A stretch of DNA of 39,919 bases, from positions 1 to 39,919 of the forward strand of contig JNEM01012169.1 of the NCBI GenBank assembly GCA_000697335.1, read 5' to 3'. Shown here one piece after another: positions 11,498 to 23,667 of this stretch. Below the pieces are notes generated by a model that was not told where the DNA came from, did not search any database, and worked only from the letters and a program-made list of their open reading frames with translations. The position numbers were made by a program, and so were the translations under genes. Position 1 is the stretch's first letter; each line of letters starts with the position of its first letter. This stretch comes from Conidiobolus incongruus B7586 (Eukaryota).

Positions 11498-14400
11498 ATG
11501 AAGCTGAATAATTTAATTCACTTGATTTTATCAACTTCACAAATATTAGGTTTAACTCAAGATGAAAAAAGTCAAGTTAGTTTAAAAATAAAAACGAATT
11601 GGCACCAAAATTCTTTAAGTTTAGAACTATTGTAAAGTTGATTGAAATTTTATGTGACGTCATACTAATATTATATTTAGAGAGTTATTGAGTTTTGAAG
11701 ATACCAAACAATATTACAAAAATTTAGAACTTTTATTTAATAATATTATTACTGAGACGAAAGGTGATGCGAATAGTGAAAAGAGTTACAAAACCAGTAT
11801 CAAAAGATTGCAAAAGTCTTTGAATGGCAAAAATTGGGATTTAATTAATCTGGGTTTAAGTTTGAAGTTGCCAAGCTCTAAAATTGAGACTAAGTTGAAC
11901 TATTTCGATAATTATGTCAAGCCTAATGTCGAAGATTTTGAAAATTGCAATAATTGGATTCAGTTGGGTCGTAAACAGTTTTGTAAGTTGAATGATTTTA
12001 AGCGTTGGTTGGATTCTAAGGATTTGGATAGTTTGAAGTAAGAGTTTTATATTGATTCATTGATTTAAAATTGGTAATTGATTTGAATTTTAGAAGTGAT
12101 GAATTACTTCCTTTCGATATAGTCTATCCCACTAAGGAATCGAATTCCAAACAGTTGACAGCTTTTTACTACACTAATTTTGACTCTGAATCATTCAATT
12201 TCTACACTGAATTAGTCGATTTCGTCAACTCTCAGCCTAATCTCAGTTTTGCTTTGAGATATCAACCATCTTTCCACGATCAATCAACTCGTGATAAAGT
12301 AGAATTATCTGGATATGGTGTCTATCTGGATTTAAAGAGTACTGAATATAAAGTTCAGGACGATCGTTACCAGAAACACAGTTCAAAAAGTAATTCTTTT
12401 AATTTTTTTTCTAAATAGCTCTCAATCTGATAGGTTTATTAGATACTAAAAAGTCTGACCAGAGAGGTGAATTAAGTGAAATCCCCGTGGAGTATCGAAA
12501 TATTTGGAATGAAGATTTAAAACGCTATCGATCACAAATTCAGCCTATCAAGAAATATGAGGATAGCAATTTAGAAAAATTCAACCAAAAATTCACTCAA
12601 TTGATTCAAGAATCTGAGTCACCACTCAATACTTGGGTGTATTTGTTGCAGAATTTGCCCCACCACGCTGGTACCGTGGCCAATGGTACTTTGAAAGATG
12701 ATCATTGCGATGGTATTACCCTTGGAAGAAACTTCTTCTTCCAGCAACCTATTCAGGATCAAATCTTGATTAATGGTATCGATATCGACTTATCCCAGCT
12801 AGACATCTTCAATTTCTTCAAATTTTTGAATTTGGAATTCGACACCTTTAAGCTGCTCAACGGTTTGAACATATCCAATGCAGAAGCTTTGAAGTTATTA
12901 CTTGGAAGCTCCGAGCCTGCCGAAGAAGCTACTAACGAATCGAAATCCACTTGGGAGAATGTATTCGACGTTCGCGACAAATTTGATGGTGAAAATTCCA
13001 ATGTAGTCATTTGGCTTAACGATATCGAGAAGGATGATACTTACGAAGATTGGTCTTCCGACATATCCAGCGTAAATCACTTTATTTATTATATTTTGGC
13101 AGTATTTAAAGCACAATCCTATCTAGTTAAACACTTATATGTACGGATACTTGCCCCAAACTAGAAAAAATTTTGCGAATGCAATGTTCCCTTTAAATTT
13201 GAACGATATCAAAGGTTTGAATACTTTGGTTAAAAAGTTAATCGAATTTAGTTCGAATCCAGTTCCTATCAGATTTGGTTTCGTTACTTTGTTGGATGGT
13301 GATCAAGATAGCAAAAGTAATCGATCGTTAATTGATTATGACAGTATTGATATATTCATAGTTGTTGATTTTAGAAGTTGCCAATTTAGTCCATTATTTA
13401 TTCAATCATTTGACCAGAGACGACTTGAAGCACTATTTAAAGAATGTAGGTTTATATTCTTTATCTATTATTACAATTTTATTAATTTTAACTAGGTTCT
13501 TGAAACCGCATCGGATCAAGATGCTACAATCGTCGACGCATTTAAGAAACATTATGCCAAATTGAAGAAAAGCCATTCCGATTTGGAACTCGACTTCGAA
13601 GATATTTTATCACTTGATAATTCTCAATACATCGCCCCAACTGTCAAGTACTCCCACAGACTGCAATTATCAACCGATGAAGATTTGTTGTTTATGAATG
13701 GTAAACGAATAAATTATGAAGGAGTAAGTTTAATTTTGATTACAATCACAGTTATATTAATTATAAAAGTAGAACTTCCAAAAACCTTTAATTCAAAACT
13801 TATTTGAACAAATACCTATTATCTTCAAATGGGTAATGTTTCATTCAATTTCAATGATTCTATCTGTTAATTGATTTATAGGCTTCCAACGGTGATATCG
13901 ATTCTGATACCAATATTTATAACTATTGGCTGGATCAATCTCCAGTATTAGCTAGCTACAACCCTCTTTTAAGCGAAGACAGATTTGACAATTTGGATTT
14001 GATTCATTGGATTCAATCTACCCATGATCACAACCTCTTAAATGATTTCAAATTCATTCAGTCGGAAACTACAGAAGATCCATTGACTACTCTTTGGATT
14101 GTTGGTAATTTCGAGGGTGACAAGTTAGAGTTGTTGGCTAATGCCGTTGAATACTTAGTACATTTTAATTAGTTCATAGATATTATCAATATCTAATATT
14201 ATTCATTTATTAGAAATCCAACTCCAACGTTCGACTTAGTTTCGTCCCAACCAACTTGAAATCCGAAACGTTCAAATTGGTTTACAATTTACTCTCAAAT
14301 GCTGACCAATTGAAAGATTTACCTACATCTGTCGAAGTTTTACAAAAGTTCAAATTCAACAAATCACCCTCCAAATCCGAAATCCAAAATTATTTCAAAT

Positions 14401-16793
14401 TGGTTCACGACCATTTCGATGCAATCGTTGATTTGGATCTTAATAATAATGATGATATTCAAGTGATTATTGGCACAAAACTTTTGAAGATTTCACCTAA
14501 CGAGTTCCAGTTCATTCACTTCAAATCAATAGTGGATTATTACAAAGATAAGTATCAGGCCAATTTGATCAAGAGAATCGGATCCAATTTAGAGAATTTC
14601 AGTAATTTGAATAAGTAGCTAACAATTCAATTAATATATATATATATATGTTCATTTCATTAACTTTGTTGTAGAATGGATCAAGCCAATATCCTGATTC
14701 AAATTGAATCCATTTTGAACTATAATCAAAATACCCACCAAAGTCTCGTCAGATTTGGTAAATTCGACGGCGAAAGGAGTAAATTACCTGATATTAATAG
14801 ACCCGAATGCCAGTTGAAACTTGTTGAAAATCAAACTGACGAGCCCATATGGGCCAATATTGAATTCATTTTGGATCCTTTGGGCGAAAACGCTGCCAAA
14901 TGGTCTTCCATTTTGAGTGTAAGTCTTTCAACTAATAATTTTCCAATGGCATTGATTGATAACTGGTTTTTAGACCATTCAACACTTCAAAGGAGTTCAA
15001 TTAAAGGGATTTTTGTCACCTAATTCAGGCGCTAGCGAATTTAAGAAAACTCATTTGAATCGATTTTATAGATTTTTATTGCCAATTCAGCTCAAATTTG
15101 ATGAAAACGGGTAATTCCATTCTTCATTTATTTCAGCTTTAATCTAAATTGTTTTTTAGGCATTTAAAATCTCCTAAAATTGAATTTTCTGATTTGCCCC
15201 AAACTGTTTTATTGACTTTGGGCTTGGATACAGTTACTTCGTGGGTAGTTTCTGCATCGGATTCACCTCACGATTTGGATAATCTCAAGCTTTCTTCACT
15301 TCCATCCTCTGGCACGCATCCCGAATTTGAATTAAAACACCTTTTAATTGAAGGTCACTGTACCGATATGGATCGCCGGCCACCCCGCGGTCTCGAATTC
15401 AATCTTGGCAATAAGCACAATCCCAACATCGTCGACACTATCGTGATGGCCAATTTGGGTTACTTCCAGTTCAAAGCCAATCCAGGCGTTTGGGAAATGC
15501 GCATTCGCCCTGGCAAGAGTGATCAGGTTTATGAAATCGTCAATATCGGTGACCAAGGTCACGCTAAGAGCGGCAAGTATGTCGATGAGCGCCGTACCCT
15601 TGTTTTGGATAGCTTAAGTGGTATTACCCTCTTCCCGAAGGTCAAGAAGAAGAAGGGCATGGAGGATGTCAATTTGTTAGACGATAGTGAAGATGAGGAG
15701 AAGCCTAAGAAGGATAGACTCTGGAATAATTTGTTTGGAAGGTAATACATATCCATAATTACACATAAAAACATTCGCTCATATATATTATTTCATTAGC
15801 TCTAAGCCTTCAAAAGCTGCCTCAACTACACCCAATCCTCATGGCGATATCAACGTATTTACAGTTGCTTCGGGACATCTTTACGAACGCTTCCTATCCG
15901 TCATGGTCGCTAGCGTTATGAAGAATACCGATCGCAAGGTTAAATTCTGGTTTATTGAGAATTTCTTATCTCCATCATTCAAAGTAATTACATTTAAATC
16001 AACTATTCAGTCAATATATTAATTAGTATTTTAGAAATTCATTCCCAAATTGAGTCAACGTTACAACTTCACCTACCAAATGGTCACTTATCAGTGGCCC
16101 CACTGGCTCAACTTGCCATCCGAAAAGCAGCGCATTATCTGGGGGTACAAGATCCTTTTCCTCGATGTGCTTTTCCCACTTGATTTGGACAAGGTTATCT
16201 TCGTTGATGCTGACCAATCTGTCAGAGCTGATCTTGGTGAATTGGTAGATATGGATCTTGAAGGAAAACCCTATGGTTATGTACCCTTCTGCACGAGTCG
16301 TGAATCGATGAAGGGATACCGCTTCTGGGAACAAGGTTACTGGAAGTCCCACCTCGATGGCAAGCCCTACCATATCTCAGCGTTGTATGTCGTCGATCTC
16401 AAGCGTTTCCGCTCCCAAGCTGCCGGTGATATCCTTCGTCACCATTACCAGATGCTTTCACAAGATCCCAACTCTCTTGCTAACCTAGACCAGGATTTAC
16501 CCAATCATCTCCAGCACGAGCTTCCCATCTTCAGCCTCCCTCAAGATTGGCTCTGGTGTGAAACCTGGTGTGACGATGCCAGTCTCAAGACCGCCAAGAC
16601 CATCGATCTGTGCAACAACCCAGAGACTAAGGAACCCAAACTCGATCGTGCCCGTCGTATCCTCCCAGAATGGCAAGTTTTGGACGAAGAGGTTCGCGCA
16701 CTTGACGACGATGTCCAAGACACTAAAGATGATCAATCCACTAAGCCATCCAAGCAGGACGAAGATCAATCTGCAGAGGATGAAGAGTTGTAG
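11498..16793 (+). CDS. UGGT: UDP-glucose:glycoprotein glucosyltransferase (GT24); 15 exons: 11498-11631, 11681-12037, 12094-12389, 12443-13071, 13127-13316, 13375-13445, 13496-13723, 13773-13832, 13882-14157, 14214-14614, 14675-14918, 14974-15110, 15160-15741, 15800-15983, 16035-16793
   Basis: Signal-peptide-like start [99 protein letters not shown] and DLCNNP; C-terminal DEEL. All introns are GT-AG and in frame. Confidence 0.95.
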
Positions 16794-17163
16794 ACTTAGT
16801 TCATTGATTATTGCTACTAGAACCATTAAAATTTTTGATTGATATAATTTTAATTTTGAAATAACTAAATTATCTTTTTATTTTATTACTAATATTAGAA
16901 TTTTATTAATATAAATATAAATATTAATTATGAAGAATAATTTATATAGTTAGTTGTTGAATTAAATTATATTCTAAATCATTTTATTCAGTTTTTCAAG
17001 TGATTAATGTTGGATTTAGATTATATTTTTGAAATTAAAAATATATTTTAATTAATTTAAAAATTCAAAAACATAATATCAATATAATGAAATTTTATTA
17101 TACAATCGCCAAAAAATTTAATTCTATATTAACCTTCTTTTATATATTATACTGTCCAGGAAA

Positions 17164-17490
17164 TTATTTAGTAAATAATGGTTTATAAGTCTTTTTACCA
17201 AACATTAAATCGACATAATCTTTCTTGGGCTTTTCTTCCTCCTTCTCTTGCACTTGATGCTCCTCATGTAAACTTTTTACTTTAGGAGTCGCTAATTCGC
17301 CAGCAAACTGTTTAAGTTTATCTTTGTCAACTTTAATCTTATTTTCACCCTTAGATATCGTTTTATTCTTGACTTTTAAATCGTCATCATCTTTGTTAGC
17401 GCTGGAATCGCTTTTGAAAGATTTTTTCAACTTGATTTGTTCTTTTTCTTTGCGTGTGGGTCTTTTGAAATTTTTGGAAGATTTGCCCAT
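17164..17490 (-). CDS. Small Lys-rich hypothetical protein (108 aa), possibly nuclear/nucleolar
   Basis: ATG-initiated intact ORF in good context (ACAATGG), more GC-rich than its flanks; MGKSSKNFKRPTRKEKE N-terminus and KKDYVDLMFGKK C-terminal motif. Confidence 0.7.
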   Translation of the reverse strand: MGKSSKNFKRPTRKEKEQIKLKKSFKSDSSANKDDDDLKVKNKTISKGENKIKVDKDKLKQFAGELATPKVKSLHEEHQVQEKEEEKPKKDYVDLMFGKKTYKPLFTK

Positions 17491-18605
17491 TGTTGACAGG
17501 TATTAAATCGATTAGTAACTTTGAAATAGAATTTAAGTATGTTGCCCGAATTATGAAATTTGTAATTTAACGGGAAGTAGGTAGAGTTGAAATTATGGGA
17601 ATATGATATTGGATAAATGTCTTATTTTATTTTAGTGTGTCTGATTAACTTGTGATCATAATTTAAGTATTTATTGATACCAAAATTTAATTAAATATTT
17701 TTTGAATAAATTGCATTGATAAAACTTATTTTTAACTATATAATAAAGGCGTATGATTATTTAATTTCATTTAAGAGTTTTTTCTATTTTTTATACAGAT
17801 GGTTATTTTATGAATTTTAATATTTAAGGAAGACGGTTAATTTAATATATTTTAAGGTCCTCTAATCCTCTTAAAACCTGAATCAGAAAGTATATAAAAT
17901 GAATTTTGATTATTCTAAATTTATTAATATATTGATTTCATTTTAATTACTTTAATTAGACAACTTTACCATTATAAATAAATTAAATTTATTTTTTTTA
18001 TCTTTGATAATTAATAATACTAGAGAAAATTGTACAAGCAAATTATAATAATTTCATCAATCAAACAATTCAACGCAAGATAAATTTAATTCATTTATTC
18101 CACCTTGCCCAGTATTGGTTATTGATCTTTTTGGGAAAATAATTCCAAATTATAGAAATATTATAAGAACATAATTTTTCATAGAATCAATTAATAATTG
18201 TTAACCATGGCTGTTTTTTGGATGATGTTTCGAATTAATATAATATTAATTTCAGTTTAAATCTATATCTCTTGCTCGATAAATATTTTACACAATACAG
18301 CTGTAATTTACAATCTTTACATATTTTGAGTTACTATATTCAATAAATTGATAACAAAATCATTATAAAATTATATAGCATCATAAAAGTTTTCTAATAT
18401 AATTGCCATGGTAGCTATATTATTATACCAATAAACAAATAACAAATATATTGCAATCAATATCTTATTATTATTGAATTTAATGGTAATATAAAACCAA
18501 TAATTATTGGATATGTGTAAACTCTTATACATTGTTTGTCTAATCAAAAAATAAAAATGTTATTTCATAATATTGGGAATCCTGAAAAAAATCATAATTA
18601 AAAAC

Positions 18606-18677
18606 TAGAAGCGAGTGGTCTCGATCCTCTGTCCTCAGGGTTGTGAGCCCCGCGTACTTCCTCTGCACTATTCTGCT
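18606..18677 (-). pseudogene. Degenerate initiator tRNA-Met copy with anticodon CAC
   Basis: Minus strand AGCAGAA TA GTGC AGAGGAA GTAC G CGGGG CTCACAA CCCTG AGGAC AGAGG ATCGAGA CCACT CGCTTCT A aligns without gaps to the gene at 8391-8462 with 12 substitutions. The acceptor stem has 3 mismatches; a T5 run follows. Confidence 0.85.
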
Positions 18678-20722
18678 TTAAATTTATCATGATTTTCTTT
18701 AATCCTGATCTTCAATTTCCAAACATTAATTCTTTTAATTCATCATTATTTCTTATATTTCCAAATACCTCATACTATTTTATTTCACTATCCCATAAAT
18801 ATCTATATTTGTATTGATTATAAATATAGGTTCAAATAATGCTTGAATCTCAATAATTCAAATTCCAGATTGTTATGAATTAAAAATTCAATAATTAATT
18901 ATAAATATAATAATTCCAGAGGCAGATTCAATTTATTTAGTAATTTTCATGTACTTCCTATATTATATTAATCAAACCATACAAATCTAATTCCAGCTGA
19001 TTAGGAAAGTTTATACAAATCCCCACTAAATCAAGGCAAAATCTCTCGACTATTTGAACCATTCGGTTCAATTCAACAACTACAAACCTGATACAATGAA
19101 AATTTTGACAAAGTGCTCAATCTTTGTTTTATTCAATTTCAAAATTGATTACAATTTATTTATTGTTTAATCTATTTAAATTATGTCAAAATTATGAGAG
19201 GTTGTTGGGAAATGCTAAGATGTTGAAGGAGTTTAAAGATTAGTGCAAAGATAAGAATATTAGTGATAAGGAGTTTAAGGGTTTGAAAGTTTGAAAATCG
19301 TAGTTATAATAAAACTTTATTATTTTAGAAAAGATTGGCTCTCGCTAAAGATTTTTATTATCTCAATTTGGCAAAATTAGTCACATTATATATACTACGA
19401 AGAATACTCAGATAAATTCATTACAATATATTCATAATACAAAACTGATTATAATTAATTGTTTAGCGTTATATTAGATTTTCATCCCTTCAGAGCATTG
19501 ATCAAATTTCCCAATATTTGAACAAGAATCAATTCGTTCATTTAAATGGTACCAATACGGATTTCCACCAATGAGTCAGCTGAATATTAAAAATCATCTA
19601 ATGCCTATAAGTGTAATATATTAAGAAGTAATTATGACCATACTATTGATTGATTAGGTCATATATATTGCTTTAGATAAGCTAGAATTTCAATTTTATG
19701 AAAGATACTTACCTGATTTTATTGTTCAATTGAATATTGATAAAACTTTCAAAAGGAATTATAAGAAATTTATCAATTCTACATCAGCTAAAGATAAATC
19801 TAATTCTAGCATATTAAATTTCAAATATTGAAGATATTATTAATAGAATAACGCTTTTATATAATTATATTTTTTTATCTGATATAGTTGATGTAATTGA
19901 ATATTATCATATATTAAATATTTGAAAAAATATTGATAAAAACTATAAACCCTTCAAAACTATCACTCTATCATGCCTATTTGATTAAATATCAAACTTG
20001 TTTTTTATGTTCATTAATTGTCAATCCAATTAATCACATTTTTAATGGATGATTTTCATAATTTTATATCCTACGCATTAGTTTGGTTTTTACTGACATA
20101 TTTATAAAAGTGAATAATATAACATTAATATCTGATTAATTTATATAATAGTCAAATACTTGAGAGTTAAATTGGTATTTTATTTAAATGTACGAATAAC
20201 TTCAATATTATAATTATATTTCATCAGCTCTATAATTTAAACTTACTTGCTAGAATAATTTGGTTAAATAGTGTTCTTATGATAGATTTCTGGATAAATA
20301 TTCAATACATAAATCACTTGATTTTTGGTAATTCTGTTCGTTTGTCCACAGTCATATCAAGTTTCCACACTATGCAAATCTGTATAAATCGTAAATTTTG
20401 ATAAAATTCTAGATATTAACGGATTTATTTCGAGTTAGTTTATTTGAGGATAAATAAAAGTCCAATCAATGTAGAATAAAAGGAATTCAAATGGAAATAT
20501 CATATGACATTACTGAGGATAAAAATCCAATTAATTAAATTGAGAACCTGAGTTAAAATCAAACCATTTTTCGTATACGTCAATTACAAAACAATTTACA
20601 TTCATCCACTTAAATTTAGACAGTTGATTTAGTATAAATATCGAATTCAAGTCACAATTTCAACCTTTAATATTATGTTTATTTTACTAAAAGTGACTTT
20701 TTAATTGATTATATAATATAAA

Positions 20723-22211
20723 ATGAGCTTGAGATATATATTAAAATCTAGCCAACCTTTGAAAGGTTGGGGTCAAAGAAATTTTTCAGGTAGGTTAATG
20801 TCAATATTGGATATTGTTTTAAAGTATTGATTTTCGATTTATATAAGCTGCTGCCATTATAAAGGGGCCTTCAGGTAATAATAAGGAGGTTATTATATTA
20901 AATTAGATAAACTAATTTCATCAATTTTAGGATTTGTTAAATATGATTGGCAAGATCCCTTAAATTTAGAATCTCAATTGACAGAAGATGAAATAATGAT
21001 GAGAGATACTGCTAATAACTACTGCCAATCGAAACTGTTGCCCCGTGTTACCAAAGCTTTCCGTACTGAGACCTTCGATCGCGAAATCATGAGCGAAATG
21101 GGTGAGTTGGGCCTTTTGGGCTGTACCATTAAGACTCATGGCCTTCCTGGTGTCTCTACCACCGCCTATGGTTTGATTGCCAGAGAAGTCGAAAGAGTTG
21201 ACAGTGGTTACCGTTCTGCAATGAGTGTTCAATCCTCTCTCGTTATGTTCCCAATCAGTGCTTTTGGCTCTGAAGCTCAAAAGGATAAGTACTTGCCTAA
21301 GCTCGGTAGAGGTGAGCTGGTTGGTTGCTTTGGTTTGACTGAACCCAACCATGGCTCAGATCCCGCCAGCATGGAAACTCGTGCCAAGAAGGTTGACGGT
21401 GGTTACCTCCTCAACGGTTCCAAGACATGGATCACTAACGCTCCAATTGCTGACGTATTCGTTGTCTGGGCCAAGAACGAAGAGGGCAAAATCAGAGGTT
21501 TTATCCTCGAGAAGGGCATGAAGGGATTGGCAGCTCCTGCCATTGAAGGCAAGTTCTCCCTACGTTCCTCCATCACCGGTATGATTCTCATGGATGACGT
21601 ATTCGTTCCTGAGGAAAATATGTTCCCTGAAGTATCTGGATTGAAAGGACCTTTCAGCTGTTTGAATAATGCTAGATTAGGTATTGCTTGGGGTGCTCTT
21701 GGTGCTGCTGAAGCTTGTTTGGCTCAAGCTAGAGATTATACTCTCAATAGGTAATACATTTTGTATGTTTGATGAAATGTTGATTTTAATTTAAATTTAT
21801 AGAAAACAATTTGGTGTACCTTTAGCTCGCTTCCAATTAATTCAAAAGAAGATGGCTGATGCTAATGCTGAGGTAGTTATAATTTCTATTTTTTTATTCC
21901 AATATATTTATCTCAATTCATAGATTGCTATCGGTCTTCAAGCCTGTCTCCAAGTATCCCGTCTCAAGGACGAAGGCAAACTCGCTCCTGAAATGATCTC
22001 CCTCATCAAGAGAAATTCATGTGGTAAGGCCCTTGATATCGCTCGCCAATGCCGTGACATGCTCGGTGGTAACGGTATCAGCGACGAATACCATATTATT
22101 CGCCACGTCCTTAACTTGGAATCCGTCAATACCTATGAAGGTACACACGATGTCCACGCCCTTATCCTCGGTAGAGCTATTACAGGATTATCTGCTTTCG
22201 AAGCTAAATAA
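20723..22211 (+). CDS. GCDH: Glutaryl-CoA dehydrogenase, mitochondrial; exons 20723-20789, 20848-20874, 20931-21750, 21803-21872, 21924-22211
   Basis: [52 protein letters not shown] and NTYEGTHD motifs; presequence-like [22 protein letters not shown]. Confidence 0.95.
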
Positions 22212-22620
22212 TTTAATATTTAAAACAAAGACAATATAATCAATTATTAACACAGATTTATAATGAATATTTTATTTTTTTTTCTTTGAACAATTCCACT
22301 TATTATCATAATTTTAAATATATATATTTAGGTATAATTTCAATTCAATAATATATTATAAAAAATTAATAGATTTAAATATAATATTGAAAAAAAATTA
22401 TTAATATATTTTGAAATATTAAAGTATGCTCAATCAAATAAATCATATTGACAAATATTCATTAGTCAAGTTAAAAAAAATATAAATATATAATAACAAT
22501 TATTTAATATGAAATAAATTTTATTATTTCAAAGTTGCTAAAACATTGAAAAGTGTAATTAATGTTGAATCAAATATATTGAAAATTAATTCAAAAATTA
22601 TGTTTTTTGCCCACATAAAA

Positions 22621-22689
22621 TAGCAGCTAGGTTTTGATTTGCGATCTGAGCATTATGAGGCCAGCGCGCTTCCTCTTCTCTCCGCCACT
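22621..22689 (-). pseudogene. Highly degenerate initiator tRNA-Met copy (anticodon CAT retained)
   Basis: Minus strand AGTGGCG GA GAGA AGAGGAA GCGC G CTGGC CTCATAA TGCTC AGATC GCAAATCAAAACCT AGCTGCTA. It shares AGAGGAAGCGCG, CTCATAA and terminal GCTGCTA with 8391-8462, but the stems are broken. Confidence 0.7.
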
Positions 22690-23619
22690 TTAAACGGACT
22701 CAAATCAAATCCATCATAATGATTATATATGAAATCAAATAAAAATATTTTATTCATTTGATCACTATTTTTCCAATATTTTATATATTAATTTGTCATT
22801 TTTTATTTTAATAATATATATATTTATTATTAAATATACTATATCTCCTTAAATTTAAAATGTTAACTGACTCATTAATATTTAAATATTTTCGAACTGA
22901 AATTTTTTTTTGAAATTCATTTTGTCTATTAATTCGGGTTTTAATACTAGATTATATAAGCAAATAAAACTAATTCATTGAATATATTCACCAATTTGAA
23001 ATTAGTGATATATATTTTAAAATATATTGAATCAGTCCTAATTAATATTATTTAATTTGAATAGTCTTTTAACTATAATCATTCCTAATAGTTCAAAATC
23101 TTTGATAACAAGTGTGTGATAACGATATCACAAAAATATTAGTGTCTGTAAAAATAATATTTAAAATTGATGAAAATTAATTATTTGCCTATAAACATCA
23201 ATCTAATATACTTTATATTGCTTCATTATGCTAAACATAATACAAATAATTATAGTTTAAAATATTAATGATGCCAAAATGGATTCAAAATTATAATAAG
23301 ATTGAATGTTATCATGTATTGTTTTTACATTGATTAAACTGTTGAAGATATAATGTTAATATGATTCAAAATAATTCCATTATAATTCATCATGCTGTTG
23401 ATTTGAATATATTTATATTCTATTACAAACTCTAATTGATCTTACAATGTCAGCATTTTAAAATATTGTGAAATTTCATCCGACATTGCTGGTTTATTAA
23501 AGGAAATTCAATTATTTACACTTTTATTAAAATTACATTACAAGAAGAATAATAAAAATCAAAGTATTAAATTAAATTTTAATGACACGCATTTTAATAA
23601 AAATTAAAAATTATAATTA

Positions 23620-23667
23620 TTATTTTATAAATTAATCTGATTATTTTATAAATTAATCTGATTATTT
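23620..23667. repeat. Tandem duplication of a 21-bp unit (TTATTTTATAAATTAATCTGA x2, plus partial)
   Basis: Exact direct repeat at 23620-23640 and 23641-23661. Confidence 0.85.

Noticed and set aside
19705..19715. ATACTTACCTG, identical to the 5' end of U1 snRNA
   Set aside because: The downstream sequence is AT-rich with no U1 stem-loops or recognisable Sm-site context; it is equally the reverse complement of a consensus donor.
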